Shown here: piece by piece, positions 55,896 through 64,000 of the stretch
How the letters are laid out: each line of letters opens with the position of its first letter
How positions within the stretch are numbered: the first letter of the stretch is position 1
Assembly: GCA_001819395.1 (NCBI GenBank)
Contig: MHMQ01000032.1
Coordinates: 20,150-84,149 of the forward strand
Direction of reading: 5' to 3'
From: Candidatus Niyogibacteria bacterium RIFCSPLOWO2_01_FULL_45_48
GTDB lineage: Bacteria > Patescibacteriota > Minisyncoccia > HO2-45-28
DNA length: 64,000 nt
The notes under the pieces: model-generated
Database searches by the model: none
What the model was told of the DNA's origin: nothing
Seen by the model: the letters and a program-made list of their open reading frames with translations, nothing else
Made by a program: the position numbers and the translations under genes

Positions 55896-56105
55896 TTGTG
55901 TGAGTTCTTAAACACATTGAGGAGGACAGCGGCGATGTTTGAGGTCAAGGATTATTTTCATGTCGCCAAGGCCAATGAAAGAGTATTCAGAAACATATTG
56001 AGAGACATGAGAGACAATAGAGAAAAAAGAACGATGGGGTATTTGATTCCCGAAAATTTGGAAACGGAAGCGAAGCTCGGAACGTTCTTTCAGAAGTTGA
56101 TATGA
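55896..56105 (+). CDS. hypothetical small protein
   Basis: 69 aa, no motif. Confidence 0.25.
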   Translation: MCEFLNTLRRTAAMFEVKDYFHVAKANERVFRNILRDMRDNREKRTMGYLIPENLETEAKLGTFFQKLI

Positions 56106-56150
56106 ATAAGCACTAGAAGAAAAACGAGGGCACCAAGCCCTCGTTTGTTT

Positions 56151-56597
56151 TTATACTATGTCCGCGATTTTTATTTTTAGTTTGCGGGCTGTTTTACGCT
56201 CCCATCTCGCGCCAATTGAGCTTTTCCACTTCGGCATAAAGTTCAATTTTTTAATGAGACCCGATTTAAAGAGGCGAAGATAAAACCTATTCAGTATATC
56301 GTCTCTTGCGTGATCCCGACTTTCATATCGTTCTTTTTCAATTCGTTCCATTTCTTTTTCAAAGGGCATTTGGTCAAAAACGCTTATTCCGCATTTTTTG
56401 ATACGGCGTATATATTTTCCAAATTCCTTCAAATTGGCCTTTATTGATCCGAGTCCTCCGCTTGAGATTGGTCCACAGACCATTTCAGCCGGCTGTGGCA
56501 TTCTTTGTAGAATCCTAAGGCCGACCTCGGCAAGTTCGTCAAAATCTTTAGCCTTTTTCTTACACAGCCAATCTTTTTTCGTCCAGTATCGGCGCAA
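56151..56597 (-). CDS. hypothetical protein, DUF4406/nucleoside 2-deoxyribosyltransferase-like fold
   Basis: MVCGPISSGGLGSIKANLKEF resembles the G-P-I-(T/S)-G N-terminal motif of DUF4406 proteins. Confidence 0.35.
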   Translation of the reverse strand: MRRYWTKKDWLCKKKAKDFDELAEVGLRILQRMPQPAEMVCGPISSGGLGSIKANLKEFGKYIRRIKKCGISVFDQMPFEKEMERIEKERYESRDHARDDILNRFYLRLFKSGLIKKLNFMPKWKSSIGARWERKTARKLKIKIADIV

Positions 56598-56671
56598 GCC
56601 GTCTCTCCTTGCGTGCTTGTCTTGGTAAAGAATACCTTAACGATCCGGCATTTGCAATATTTTCGTCTTTT

Positions 56672-56698
56672 TTAGCACTCTTGACAGAGGAGTGCTAA
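56672..56698 (+). promoter_or_regulatory. CIRCE operator (HrcA binding site)
   Basis: TTAGCACTC-ttgacagag-GAGTGCTAA perfect 9-bp inverted repeat with 9-nt spacer, 11 nt before hrcA. Confidence 0.9.
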
Positions 56699-56708
56699 AT
56701 TTTATATA

Positions 56709-57389
56709 ATGGGCTTTATGCTGTTAAGCGAGAGAGAAAACACGATACTTGATTTTCTTGTGCGCGATTTTATAAAAACGGCCGAGCCGGTATCTTCTTC
56801 AAAGATACGCGAGGGTTTGCGCCTTAAAGAAAGTCCCGCAACCATACGCAACATCGTGGCCGATTTGGACGAGTCCGGATATTTGGAACAGCCGCATACG
56901 TCCGCCGGACGCGTTCCCACAGACATGGCCTACCGTTATTTTGTGGACAACCTGATGTCCGAAGTGGAATTAAGCCGTCAAATTTCTTTAAGGATGAAAA
57001 GACTGACGCTTGATCGCGAAATAAGCCGTTTTTTGGCCGAAACGCTTAATTTGATGGGTTTTTCCAGTGTTGACGAAGGACATTTTGACGGACACGGACT
57101 TTTTCGCCTGCTCAAAAATCCGGAATTTAAAAAGGAAGAATCGGTTCTTGACGCGGGATATTTTGTTGACCACATAAATGAGCTTGCCAAAATTTACGGA
57201 CGGCAGGCGACCAAAAATACGGAAATTTTTATCGGCAAGGAAAATCCGGCGCGCTGCGCCCGGGAGTTCGGAGTTTTTTACGCGGAATCATACGGCAGGG
57301 GCGTAAAACAAATCACAATTCTTGTGGGCCCGAAAAGAATGAATTATGAACTTGTTTCGGGTTATATTAATTTATTTTTTGATGAATAA
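56709..57389 (+). CDS. hrcA: heat-inducible transcription repressor HrcA (short)
   Basis: N-terminal wHTH EPVSSSKIREGL...HTSAGRVPT; CIRCE immediately upstream; followed by grpE-dnaK-dnaJ. Confidence 0.8.
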   Translation: MGFMLLSERENTILDFLVRDFIKTAEPVSSSKIREGLRLKESPATIRNIVADLDESGYLEQPHTSAGRVPTDMAYRYFVDNLMSEVELSRQISLRMKRLTLDREISRFLAETLNLMGFSSVDEGHFDGHGLFRLLKNPEFKKEESVLDAGYFVDHINELAKIYGRQATKNTEIFIGKENPARCAREFGVFYAESYGRGVKQITILVGPKRMNYELVSGYINLFFDE

Positions 57390-57391
57390 CC

Positions 57392-57940
57392 ATGGAAAAC
57401 GAAAACAAAGATCAAACGGATGATTTAAGCATAGAAGAGGAGGATTTTGGTTCCGAGATCGAATCTAAAATTAAAAAACTGAAAGCGGAGCTTAAAGAGT
57501 GCCGGAAAAAATCAGCCGAATATCTCTCTGGATGGCAAAGAGCCAAGGCCGACCTGATAAACGCCCGAAAGGATGAAGAGAAAAGAAACGAGGCAATGGC
57601 GGTTTATGCCAACGAAAGACTTCTTTTTGACCTGCTGAACGTTTTTGACAGTTTCGACAGAGCGTTATCTGATGGGCGGGTTGCTGATCCGGAGAAGGCG
57701 GGTTTGAGCCAGATCAACGGTCAATTAGCGCAAATCGCGCGTGGATATGGACTGCAGGAGATCAAAGCGCTGGGCCAAAAATTCAATCCTCAAGAACATG
57801 AAGGCGTTATACAAGAGGACGTTTCCGACCCCGAAAAAGATCAGACGGTTTTGGAGGAACTGCAGAAAGGCTATAAAATACATGATAAAGTTTTGCGGCC
57901 GGCCAGGGTTAAAATAGGAAGTTATAAAAAAACAAATTAA
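57392..57940 (+). CDS. grpE: nucleotide exchange factor GrpE
   Basis: Coiled-coil N-terminus; C-terminal GrpE core. Confidence 0.9.
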   Translation: MENENKDQTDDLSIEEEDFGSEIESKIKKLKAELKECRKKSAEYLSGWQRAKADLINARKDEEKRNEAMAVYANERLLFDLLNVFDSFDRALSDGRVADPEKAGLSQINGQLAQIARGYGLQEIKALGQKFNPQEHEGVIQEDVSDPEKDQTVLEELQKGYKIHDKVLRPARVKIGSYKKTN

Positions 57941-57969
57941 AAAATTAAAATCTTAAAACAGAAACAAAT

Positions 57970-59856
57970 ATGTCAAAAATTTTGGGAATAGATTTAGGAA
58001 CAACCAATTCGGCCATGGCCGTGGTGGAGGCGGGTGAGCCGAGGATTATTGAAAATACCGAGGGAAATCGGACAACTCCGTCTATTGCCGCAGTTTCAAA
58101 ATCCGGAGACCGGCTGGTCGGACTTTTGGCCAAGCGACAAGCGGTGACCAATCCCCAAAACACTATTTTTTCGGTTAAGCGTCTTATTGGCCGAAAGTTT
58201 AAAGACAAAGAGGTTCAGCACGACAAAACTCTTTTGCCGTACGAAATACGAGAGTCGGCCAACGGAGGAGTGGAAGTTAAAATTGGGGAGAATTGGCACA
58301 GGCCCGAGGAAATTTCGGCAATGGTTTTGCAAAAACTTAAGGCTGATGCCGAATCCAAGCTGGGGATAAGTATTAAAGAAGCGATTATAACCGTGCCCGC
58401 GTACTTTGACGACTCACAGAGAAAAGCCACCAAGGACGCCGGAGAAATAGCCGGACTGACCGTAAATCGCGTTATCAACGAACCCACCGCTGCGGCTTTG
58501 GCTTACGGTTTCAATAAAAAAAAGGACGAAAAAATCGTCGTTTATGATTTTGGCGGAGGAACATTTGATGTCTCGGTGCTTGAAGTTTCGGCGGATACAA
58601 TTGAGGTTAAAGCCACCGGCGGGGACACTCACTTGGGAGGGGATGACATAGACAACAGACTGATAAAGTTTCTGACCGAAGAATTCAAAAAATCAAGCGG
58701 AGTCGATGTGTCAAAAGACCACTTAGCTCTTCAGCGCCTTAAGGATGCGGCCGAGAAGGCCAAGCACGAACTTTCAAGCTCCGCGCAGACGGATATCAAC
58801 GTTCCTTTTTTAACCGCCGATGCTTCAGGACCTAAGCATTTTGAAATGAAGCTGACAAGGTCCAAACTGGAATCTTTGGTTCAGGATTTTATTGATAAGT
58901 CAATTGAGCTTACTGAAAATACCGTACGTGAGGCAGGGTTTGGGTTGAAAGAAATTAATGAGGTGGTTTTGGTCGGAGGGCAGACGAGAATGCCGGCCAT
59001 AATTGAAGCGGTCAAAAAACTTTTTGGGCGTGAACCGCACAAAAACATCAATCCCGACGAGGTTGTGGCCGTGGGCGCGGCCATTCAGGGCGGTATTCTG
59101 CGGGGTGACGTAAAGGACGTTCTGCTTCTGGATGTGACGCCTCTTTCGCTTGGCATAGAAACTCTTGGCGGGGTTTCTACGAAAGTCATCGAAAAAAATA
59201 CAACCGTTCCTGTTTCGCGCTCGCAGGTTTTTTCAACCGCGGCCGATAACCAGACGCAGGTTGAAATTCATGTCTTGCAGGGCGAGCGCGAAATGGCCCA
59301 AGACAATAAAACATTGGGAAAATTTATTCTGGACGGCATTCCGCCCGCCCCCCGGGGAATGCCCCAAGTTGAGGTTTCGTTTGATATAGACGCCAACGGA
59401 ATTTTGAACGTAAAGGCCAAGGACAAGGCGACGAGCAAGGAACAGTCCATTCGTATAGAAGCGTCTTCCGGCCTTGCCAAAGAGGATGTGGAAAGGATGA
59501 AAAAAGACGCCGAACTTCACGCCTCCGAAGACCGTAAAAAGCGCGAGTTGATTGACGCCAAAAATTCCGCCGACGCCTTAATTTATACGGCAGAAAAGGC
59601 TTTACGCGACGCGGGGGACAAGGTCGTTGAAAGCGACAAAAAAGCGGTAAATGAGGCCCTGGAGAGCCTTAAAAAAGCCAAAGATTCCGCCGGGGAAGTT
59701 TCGGAGATTAAAAAAGCAAGCGAAGACCTTTCGCGTTCTCTTTCCAAAATAGGCGAAGCGTTATATAAACAAACGACTGCCGAAGAGGGCAAAAAAGAGG
59801 AAAGCGCGAAAGAACCGAAAGATGTCGGGCATGAGGATGTTGATGATAAAAAATGA
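57970..59856 (+). CDS. dnaK: chaperone DnaK (Hsp70)
   Basis: [31 protein letters not shown] signatures. Confidence 0.95.
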   Translation: MSKILGIDLGTTNSAMAVVEAGEPRIIENTEGNRTTPSIAAVSKSGDRLVGLLAKRQAVTNPQNTIFSVKRLIGRKFKDKEVQHDKTLLPYEIRESANGGVEVKIGENWHRPEEISAMVLQKLKADAESKLGISIKEAIITVPAYFDDSQRKATKDAGEIAGLTVNRVINEPTAAALAYGFNKKKDEKIVVYDFGGGTFDVSVLEVSADTIEVKATGGDTHLGGDDIDNRLIKFLTEEFKKSSGVDVSKDHLALQRLKDAAEKAKHELSSSAQTDINVPFLTADASGPKHFEMKLTRSKLESLVQDFIDKSIELTENTVREAGFGLKEINEVVLVGGQTRMPAIIEAVKKLFGREPHKNINPDEVVAVGAAIQGGILRGDVKDVLLLDVTPLSLGIETLGGVSTKVIEKNTTVPVSRSQVFSTAADNQTQVEIHVLQGEREMAQDNKTLGKFILDGIPPAPRGMPQVEVSFDIDANGILNVKAKDKATSKEQSIRIEASSGLAKEDVERMKKDAELHASEDRKKRELIDAKNSADALIYTAEKALRDAGDKVVESDKKAVNEALESLKKAKDSAGEVSEIKKASEDLSRSLSKIGEALYKQTTAEEGKKEESAKEPKDVGHEDVDDKK

Positions 59857-60938
59857 GCGACTATTATACAATTTTGGGCGTAGAGAAAAATGCCTCAAAA
59901 GAGGAAATAAAAAGAGCTTACAGAAAGCTGGCTCATAAGTATCATCCGGACAAAAGCGGCGGATCGGATACGGAATTCAAACGAATAAATGAGGCGTATT
60001 ACGTTTTGGGTGACGACAAGCGAAAAGCCGAGTATGACCGATTCGGAACTTTTTCAGGCGGCCGCGGAGGGTTTGCAGGACAGGGAGATTTCGGCTTTGA
60101 GGAAATGTGGAAAAATTTCGGAGGTTCGGGCGGATTTTCATTCGGCGGAGGGGATTTTACGGATATTTTTGAAAGTCTTTTCGGAGTCGGATTTGAGGGC
60201 TCGGCCCGTCAGTCAAAAAGAGGCCGGGACATTTCAATAGAAATAATGATTCCGTTTTCGGAGGCTGTATTCGGGACAACGCGGAAAATTTTGCTTAATA
60301 AAAGAGCTACTTGCGAAGAATGCAAAGGGAGCGGGGCGACAGGGGCAAGTAAAACAGAAAAATGCGAGACTTGTTCCGGTTCCGGAACGGTTCGTGAATC
60401 AAGACGCTCAATCTTCGGCGTTTTTACGAGCCTTTCCGAATGTCCAAAATGCAAAGGAAGAGGGGAGGTCATAAAAAATCCGTGCAAGGCCTGTAAGGGC
60501 GAAGGCGTTTTGCGCCGCGAAAATGAGGTTGAGATTTCAATACCCGCGGGCATAAATAACGGCGAAATGCTGCGTCTTACCGGAGAAGGAGAGGCAAAAA
60601 GGGGCGGGGCGGCCGGAGATCTGTATGTTAAAATACATGTTGAACCTCATCGGCTTTTTGCCAGAGAAGGACACGACCTGATTTCCGAAATTGAAGTTAG
60701 TCTGACCGATGCGCTTTTAGGCGCCCAAAAACAGATAGAAGCGCTTGACGGAAAAATAAAAATAGAGATTCCGCAAGGCGTTGATTCCGGAGATATGCTT
60801 CGCGTCCGCGGGCGCGGAGTTCCGAAAGAGCGTTCAGGTAGAGGCGATTTGCTTTTTAAAGTCAAAATTAAAAATCCCAAAAAATTATCCAGAAAAGCGC
60901 GTGAGCTAATTGAAGAACTCAAAAAAGAAGGGCTGTAA
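59853..60938 (+). CDS. dnaJ: co-chaperone DnaJ
   Basis: J-domain HPD (YHPDK), G/F-rich linker, four CxxCxGxG zinc-finger repeats. Confidence 0.9.
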   Translation: MSDYYTILGVEKNASKEEIKRAYRKLAHKYHPDKSGGSDTEFKRINEAYYVLGDDKRKAEYDRFGTFSGGRGGFAGQGDFGFEEMWKNFGGSGGFSFGGGDFTDIFESLFGVGFEGSARQSKRGRDISIEIMIPFSEAVFGTTRKILLNKRATCEECKGSGATGASKTEKCETCSGSGTVRESRRSIFGVFTSLSECPKCKGRGEVIKNPCKACKGEGVLRRENEVEISIPAGINNGEMLRLTGEGEAKRGGAAGDLYVKIHVEPHRLFAREGHDLISEIEVSLTDALLGAQKQIEALDGKIKIEIPQGVDSGDMLRVRGRGVPKERSGRGDLLFKVKIKNPKKLSRKARELIEELKKEGL

Positions 60939-60945
60939 AAAATAA

Positions 60946-60963
60946 AAAAGCCCCGAAGGGCTT
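60946..60963. terminator. bidirectional terminator
   Basis: AAAGCCC-cgaa-GGGCTTT between convergent dnaJ and minus gene; long A/T runs on both sides. Confidence 0.7.
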
Positions 60964-60973
60964 TGGGTGTGCT

Positions 60974-61555
60974 TTATGGTTTCGGGGGAGAAATGCGCTG
61001 GGGCGCGGACGGGGCGTCGGCTTTTGAAAGACGCCGGGCTTTGTTTCTTGCCTCAATTATGCTCTGATGCCATTCATACAGTTCTTCGTCGTTGGCGACG
61101 ATGATTCGGACGTTGTTGGAAACGCAAGGAGTAAAACATTCAGCTCGCCTTACGCCTATTAAGACTTTCCCGGGCTCAATTTTATCGCTCCATTCCACCT
61201 CAATTTTTCCGTTAAGGTTTACATGCAGGTCTCGGCCGCGCAAACTAAGGACTTTTGTAAAAACAACGACTGATCCGTCCTTTTCGCCATATTTGTAATA
61301 CGCGTTTTTAAAAGGCGAACCGCCGAAGCTCGCAACCAAATCAGAGTAAACTGCAGTTTTTGATACCGACTTTTCGGCGAAATACCCGAATTTAAGCTCG
61401 GGAAGGCCGTAGAAGTTGAAGTAGATAATGGCGGAAACAAAGGCAAGAAAGCCCATAACCATCCAAAACGGCGCACATGGGCAGCAACAGCATTTTGTTT
61501 GATTGTTGTCCGGCGCCGGCTTTGCTTGGGGAATCGGATTTCCGTTTGGCAACAC
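60974..61555 (-). CDS. hypothetical membrane-anchored protein with N-terminal Cys cluster
   Basis: 193 aa; CCCCPCAP then TM helix then soluble beta-rich domain. Confidence 0.4.
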   Translation of the reverse strand: MLPNGNPIPQAKPAPDNNQTKCCCCPCAPFWMVMGFLAFVSAIIYFNFYGLPELKFGYFAEKSVSKTAVYSDLVASFGGSPFKNAYYKYGEKDGSVVVFTKVLSLRGRDLHVNLNGKIEVEWSDKIEPGKVLIGVRRAECFTPCVSNNVRIIVANDEELYEWHQSIIEARNKARRLSKADAPSAPQRISPPKP

Positions 61556-61650
61556 ATGCCTCCTTAATGAAAAAGAAAATCTAAAAACCAGTTTAGTTTT
61601 TTTATTTTATCTTGTCAAGAGGCACTTAAACGGGTACAATATTTAATAAT

Positions 61651-61723
61651 CCGCCCGTAGCTCAGTTGGCAGAGCAGCTCCCTTTTAAGGAGATGGTCGT
61701 AGGTTCGACTCCTACCGGGCGGA
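61651..61723 (+). tRNA. tRNA-Lys (anticodon TTT), C1:G72 first pair
   Basis: Acceptor CCGCCCG/CGGGCGG, D-arm GCTC-AGTTGGCA-GAGC, anticodon loop CTTTTAA, T-arm GTAGG-TTCGACT-CCTAC; strongly resembles bacterial tRNA-Lys(UUU). Confidence 0.75.
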
Positions 61724-61724
61724 C

Positions 61725-61753
61725 TTGACTTTTAATAACATTTTTGATATAAT
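61725..61753 (+). promoter_or_regulatory. near-consensus sigma-70 promoter
   Basis: TTGACT - 17 nt - TATAAT, starting 2 nt after tRNA-Lys. Confidence 0.6.
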
Positions 61754-61810
61754 CTTGAAGTAAGTTTGTTTTTTGTGTTTTCAACCCAAATCAGAGAAAA
61801 AGGAGATATT

Positions 61811-62029
61811 GTGGGCCAGGGCTGGGGAAATTTAAATCCGTTTCCGGACCCGAAGCAAACCGCGGTGGTTATCAAAGGAAGCGCTTCGTTAAACGAAGTT
61901 CGCGAAGCGGCGAAAACGCTGGTCGAAATCCTTGAAGCGCCGAACGAGCAAAGAACACCGGAATGGCATTTGGCGCTACGTCAGAATCTTCAGAGAATTC
62001 GCTCGCTTGCCTCTCAAGCTCTGGGATGA
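61811..62029 (+). CDS. small hypothetical protein (72 aa)
   Basis: GTG 61811 6 nt after AAGGAGA; alternative in-frame TTG 61766 lacks RBS; ends ...RSLASQALG. Confidence 0.4.
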   Translation: MGQGWGNLNPFPDPKQTAVVIKGSASLNEVREAAKTLVEILEAPNEQRTPEWHLALRQNLQRIRSLASQALG

Positions 62030-62048
62030 CCAGTGGCGAGTGTACGTG

Positions 62049-62083
62049 CCGGCCGTTCTCGAGAGGGAACGGCCGGATTTTTT
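62049..62083 (+). terminator. strong rho-independent terminator
   Basis: CCGGCCGTTC-tcgagagg-GAACGGCCGG 10-bp GC stem then ATTTTTT. Confidence 0.8.
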
Positions 62084-62122
62084 AAAAGCCAGATTTGTGT
62101 CATAATTTAATTAAATTAATTA

Positions 62123-63547
62123 ATGAAAAACCCGGAAGGTTTTTATGAAGCCCTAAAACTTTTTAAAGAATCGGCGCGCAAAGTGCCGGCATATAAGTCG
62201 TTTTTAAAAAAGCGCGGTATTAATCCAGAGCGCGTAAGGTCATATCAAGATTTTAAAAAAATCCCCGCGACAGACAAAGATAACTATTTAAAGGCCCATG
62301 GGTTTTTCAAACTTTTTCCCGAAAGCAAAATTCCTGACATGATCTCGGCAAGCTCCGGCTCTTCGGGAAAACCATTTTATTGGCCGAGGGGTATCGAGCA
62401 GGAGGAGGTGGGAGGAAAATTACATGAAAGGATTTTCAGAGATATTTTCGGAGTCAAAAAAAACGAATCCGCGCTTGTGATAGTGTGTTTTTCAATGGGA
62501 ACGTGGATCGCTGGAACTTTCACGATGTCTTCGGCGAGGTGGCTGGCAAAAAACGGCTATAAAATTTCAGTTATTACTCCTTCGATTGAAAAAGAAGACG
62601 CGGTAAATATTTTACGGGATCTGGCGCCTTTGTTTGGGCGCGTTATTTTGGCCGGATATCCGCCGTTTTTACGAGACGTGATTGAAGAAGCAAAAGCCCA
62701 GAAGGTCGGGATTTCAAAACTCAACTTAAATTTGCTTTTTGCCGGAGAAAATTTTTCCGAAAAATACAGGGAAATAATGCATAAAATTTCGGGAGTAAAA
62801 GACAGATTCGGTGGTTCCGCCAGCATTTACGGTACGGCTGATGCCGGGGCCATAGGCCATGAAACTCCGGTAAGCGTTTTTATAAGAAAAACGGCGTCTA
62901 AAAATAAAAAATTCGCGGAGTTGATTGGGTTGAATTCGTTTGTGCCGTCAATCGTGCAGTATGATCCGAAGCAGGTTTTTTTTGAAATGCCGGACGGAGA
63001 AATGCTTTTTACGACTCGTTCCGGTATTCCGCTTATCCGTTATAACATTCATGACACCGGAATGATAATCAGCCATAAAGAGATGGAGATGTTTTTGAAA
63101 AAAGCGGGCATTTTTGATCAGGCGAGTAAACTCGGCTTTGAAAAATGGAAAATGCCTTTTATTTTCCTCGGTTCTAGAAGTGACGTCGCCACGACCTTTT
63201 ATGCTCTGAACATTTACCCCGAAAATATCAAGGCCGGGCTTGAAAATAAGGATGTTTATAAATTTGTCTCCGGAAAATTTATAGCCTACACCCGTCTTTT
63301 CAGGAGCGGACGCGACCAGAAACTGTTTATTGAAGTTGAGTTGGCGCGAGGGGTAGAGCTTTCTCAAAATCTTATAACCAAAATTCGCCAAAGCATTTTT
63401 GATAACCTAACTAAACTGAATATGGAGTACAGGAAACTTCATCGCTCAATCGGCGTAAAGGCACTTCCCGTAATTATTCTTATCCAATTCGGCGATCCCA
63501 AATTTGTGGTTAAAAAGGGCAAGCACAAATGGTCCAAAAAGAGTTAA
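62123..63547 (+). CDS. adenylate-forming enzyme, phenylacetate-CoA ligase (PaaK)/F390-synthetase-like
   Basis: 474 aa; ISASSGSSGKPF P-loop-like AMP-binding motif, YGTADAG, overall PaaK-family layout. Confidence 0.65.
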   Translation: MKNPEGFYEALKLFKESARKVPAYKSFLKKRGINPERVRSYQDFKKIPATDKDNYLKAHGFFKLFPESKIPDMISASSGSSGKPFYWPRGIEQEEVGGKLHERIFRDIFGVKKNESALVIVCFSMGTWIAGTFTMSSARWLAKNGYKISVITPSIEKEDAVNILRDLAPLFGRVILAGYPPFLRDVIEEAKAQKVGISKLNLNLLFAGENFSEKYREIMHKISGVKDRFGGSASIYGTADAGAIGHETPVSVFIRKTASKNKKFAELIGLNSFVPSIVQYDPKQVFFEMPDGEMLFTTRSGIPLIRYNIHDTGMIISHKEMEMFLKKAGIFDQASKLGFEKWKMPFIFLGSRSDVATTFYALNIYPENIKAGLENKDVYKFVSGKFIAYTRLFRSGRDQKLFIEVELARGVELSQNLITKIRQSIFDNLTKLNMEYRKLHRSIGVKALPVIILIQFGDPKFVVKKGKHKWSKKS

Positions 63548-63556
63548 TATAAAAAT

Positions 63557-64000
63557 ATGGACAAGCCTTTCGACTACGCTCAAGACAAGCCGCAATTTTT
63601 TAACAAAAAAAAAGAACTGCCGAGAGGGGCGGATGTTATTGACGCGTTTTCGCGCTCGCTTGAAGAATTGTTTTTTGTCCGCAATCCGCGGTTTAAAAAA
63701 GGAATGCCGGGAGCGGACGAAGCACTAGCCAAGTTTATGAACGAGGATGCAAAAGTAATAAACGGGGTTTATGTTTATTATCCATGGATGGGCAAGACAG
63801 TTTATCTGCCGGAAGAAAAAATTTATTTTGAACTTCGCACCGCGCGCAATAAAAATATTATAAATAAAGAGGAGCAGGATAAATACCGCGGAGTTAAAAT
63901 CGGGATTGCGGGGATGTCGGTGGGTTCAAACGTCGCTTCAACCCTTGCCTTGACGGGCGGGCCAAAGAGCATGCGTCTTGCCGATTTCGACGAAATTGAG
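63557..64000 (+). CDS. E1-like (ThiF/MoeB/HesA-family) adenylyltransferase with ~110-aa N-terminal extension; 3' end outside window
   Basis: Open to window end; KIGIAGMSVGSNVASTLALTGGPKSMRLADFDEIE matches the ThiF Rossmann GxGxxG + DxD motif; not listed in ORF track because it is unterminated. Confidence 0.6.
   Translation, partial: MDKPFDYAQDKPQFFNKKKELPRGADVIDAFSRSLEELFFVRNPRFKKGMPGADEALAKFMNEDAKVINGVYVYYPWMGKTVYLPEEKIYFELRTARNKNIINKEEQDKYRGVKIGIAGMSVGSNVASTLALTGGPKSMRLADFDEIE

Noticed and set aside
1-64000. Alternative genetic code (UGA as sense codon, as in Gracilibacteria/SR1) suggested by the presence of only an RF1-type factor
   Set aside because: TGA demonstrably terminates many well-conserved genes at their expected C-termini (rpiB, rpmE, rpmG, alaS, sufB), so the standard code applies and RF2 is simply outside the window.

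Overview
This window reads as a small, reduced bacterial genome of the Patescibacteria/CPR (Parcubacteria-like) kind, about 45-48% GC, tightly packed, standard genetic code (TGA clearly used as a stop codon). Roughly 80% of it is housekeeping: pentose-phosphate and glycolytic genes (gap, rpiB, rpe, a split transketolase, fba), a SUF Fe-S assembly cluster followed by a ferredoxin gene, sod, htrA, clpB, guaB, mnmA, alaS, a ribosomal/rpoA block (infA-rpmJ-rpsM-rpsK-rpsD-rpoA-rplQ, rplM-rpsI), a CIRCE-controlled hrcA-grpE-dnaK-dnaJ operon, and six tRNA genes.

The parts that are not ordinary:
- 38528-43135: a three-gene insertion between guaB and pcm. It encodes a degenerate calcineurin-like phosphoesterase paralog, a second phosphoesterase with more of the metal-binding motifs intact, and a single-module Clp/Hsp100 D2-type AAA+ ATPase carrying an unrecognisable ~330-aa N-terminal domain. 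The canonical clpB is present elsewhere in the window. This is my best candidate for an undescribed system.
- 33879-34760: a tandemly duplicated tRNA-Trp locus interleaved with three copies of a 136-bp GC-rich structured element, inverted tRNA 3' fragments and a decayed third tRNA copy.
- 61725-64000: a small protein gene with a consensus promoter and strong terminator, followed by a PaaK-like adenylate-forming ligase and an E1/ThiF-like enzyme. The arrangement resembles a precursor peptide with its modification enzymes.
- Smaller observations:
  - a G10 tract in the promoter region of a large surface protein;
  - 28-bp direct repeats marking a two-gene insertion that splits the transketolase subunit genes;
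  - a MITE-like 24-bp inverted-repeat element between sod and nfu;
  - a GC-rich island containing a hairpin family shared with the tRNA-Trp element;
  - an N-terminally truncated RF1 translationally coupled to rpmE;
  - repeated palindromic terminators.
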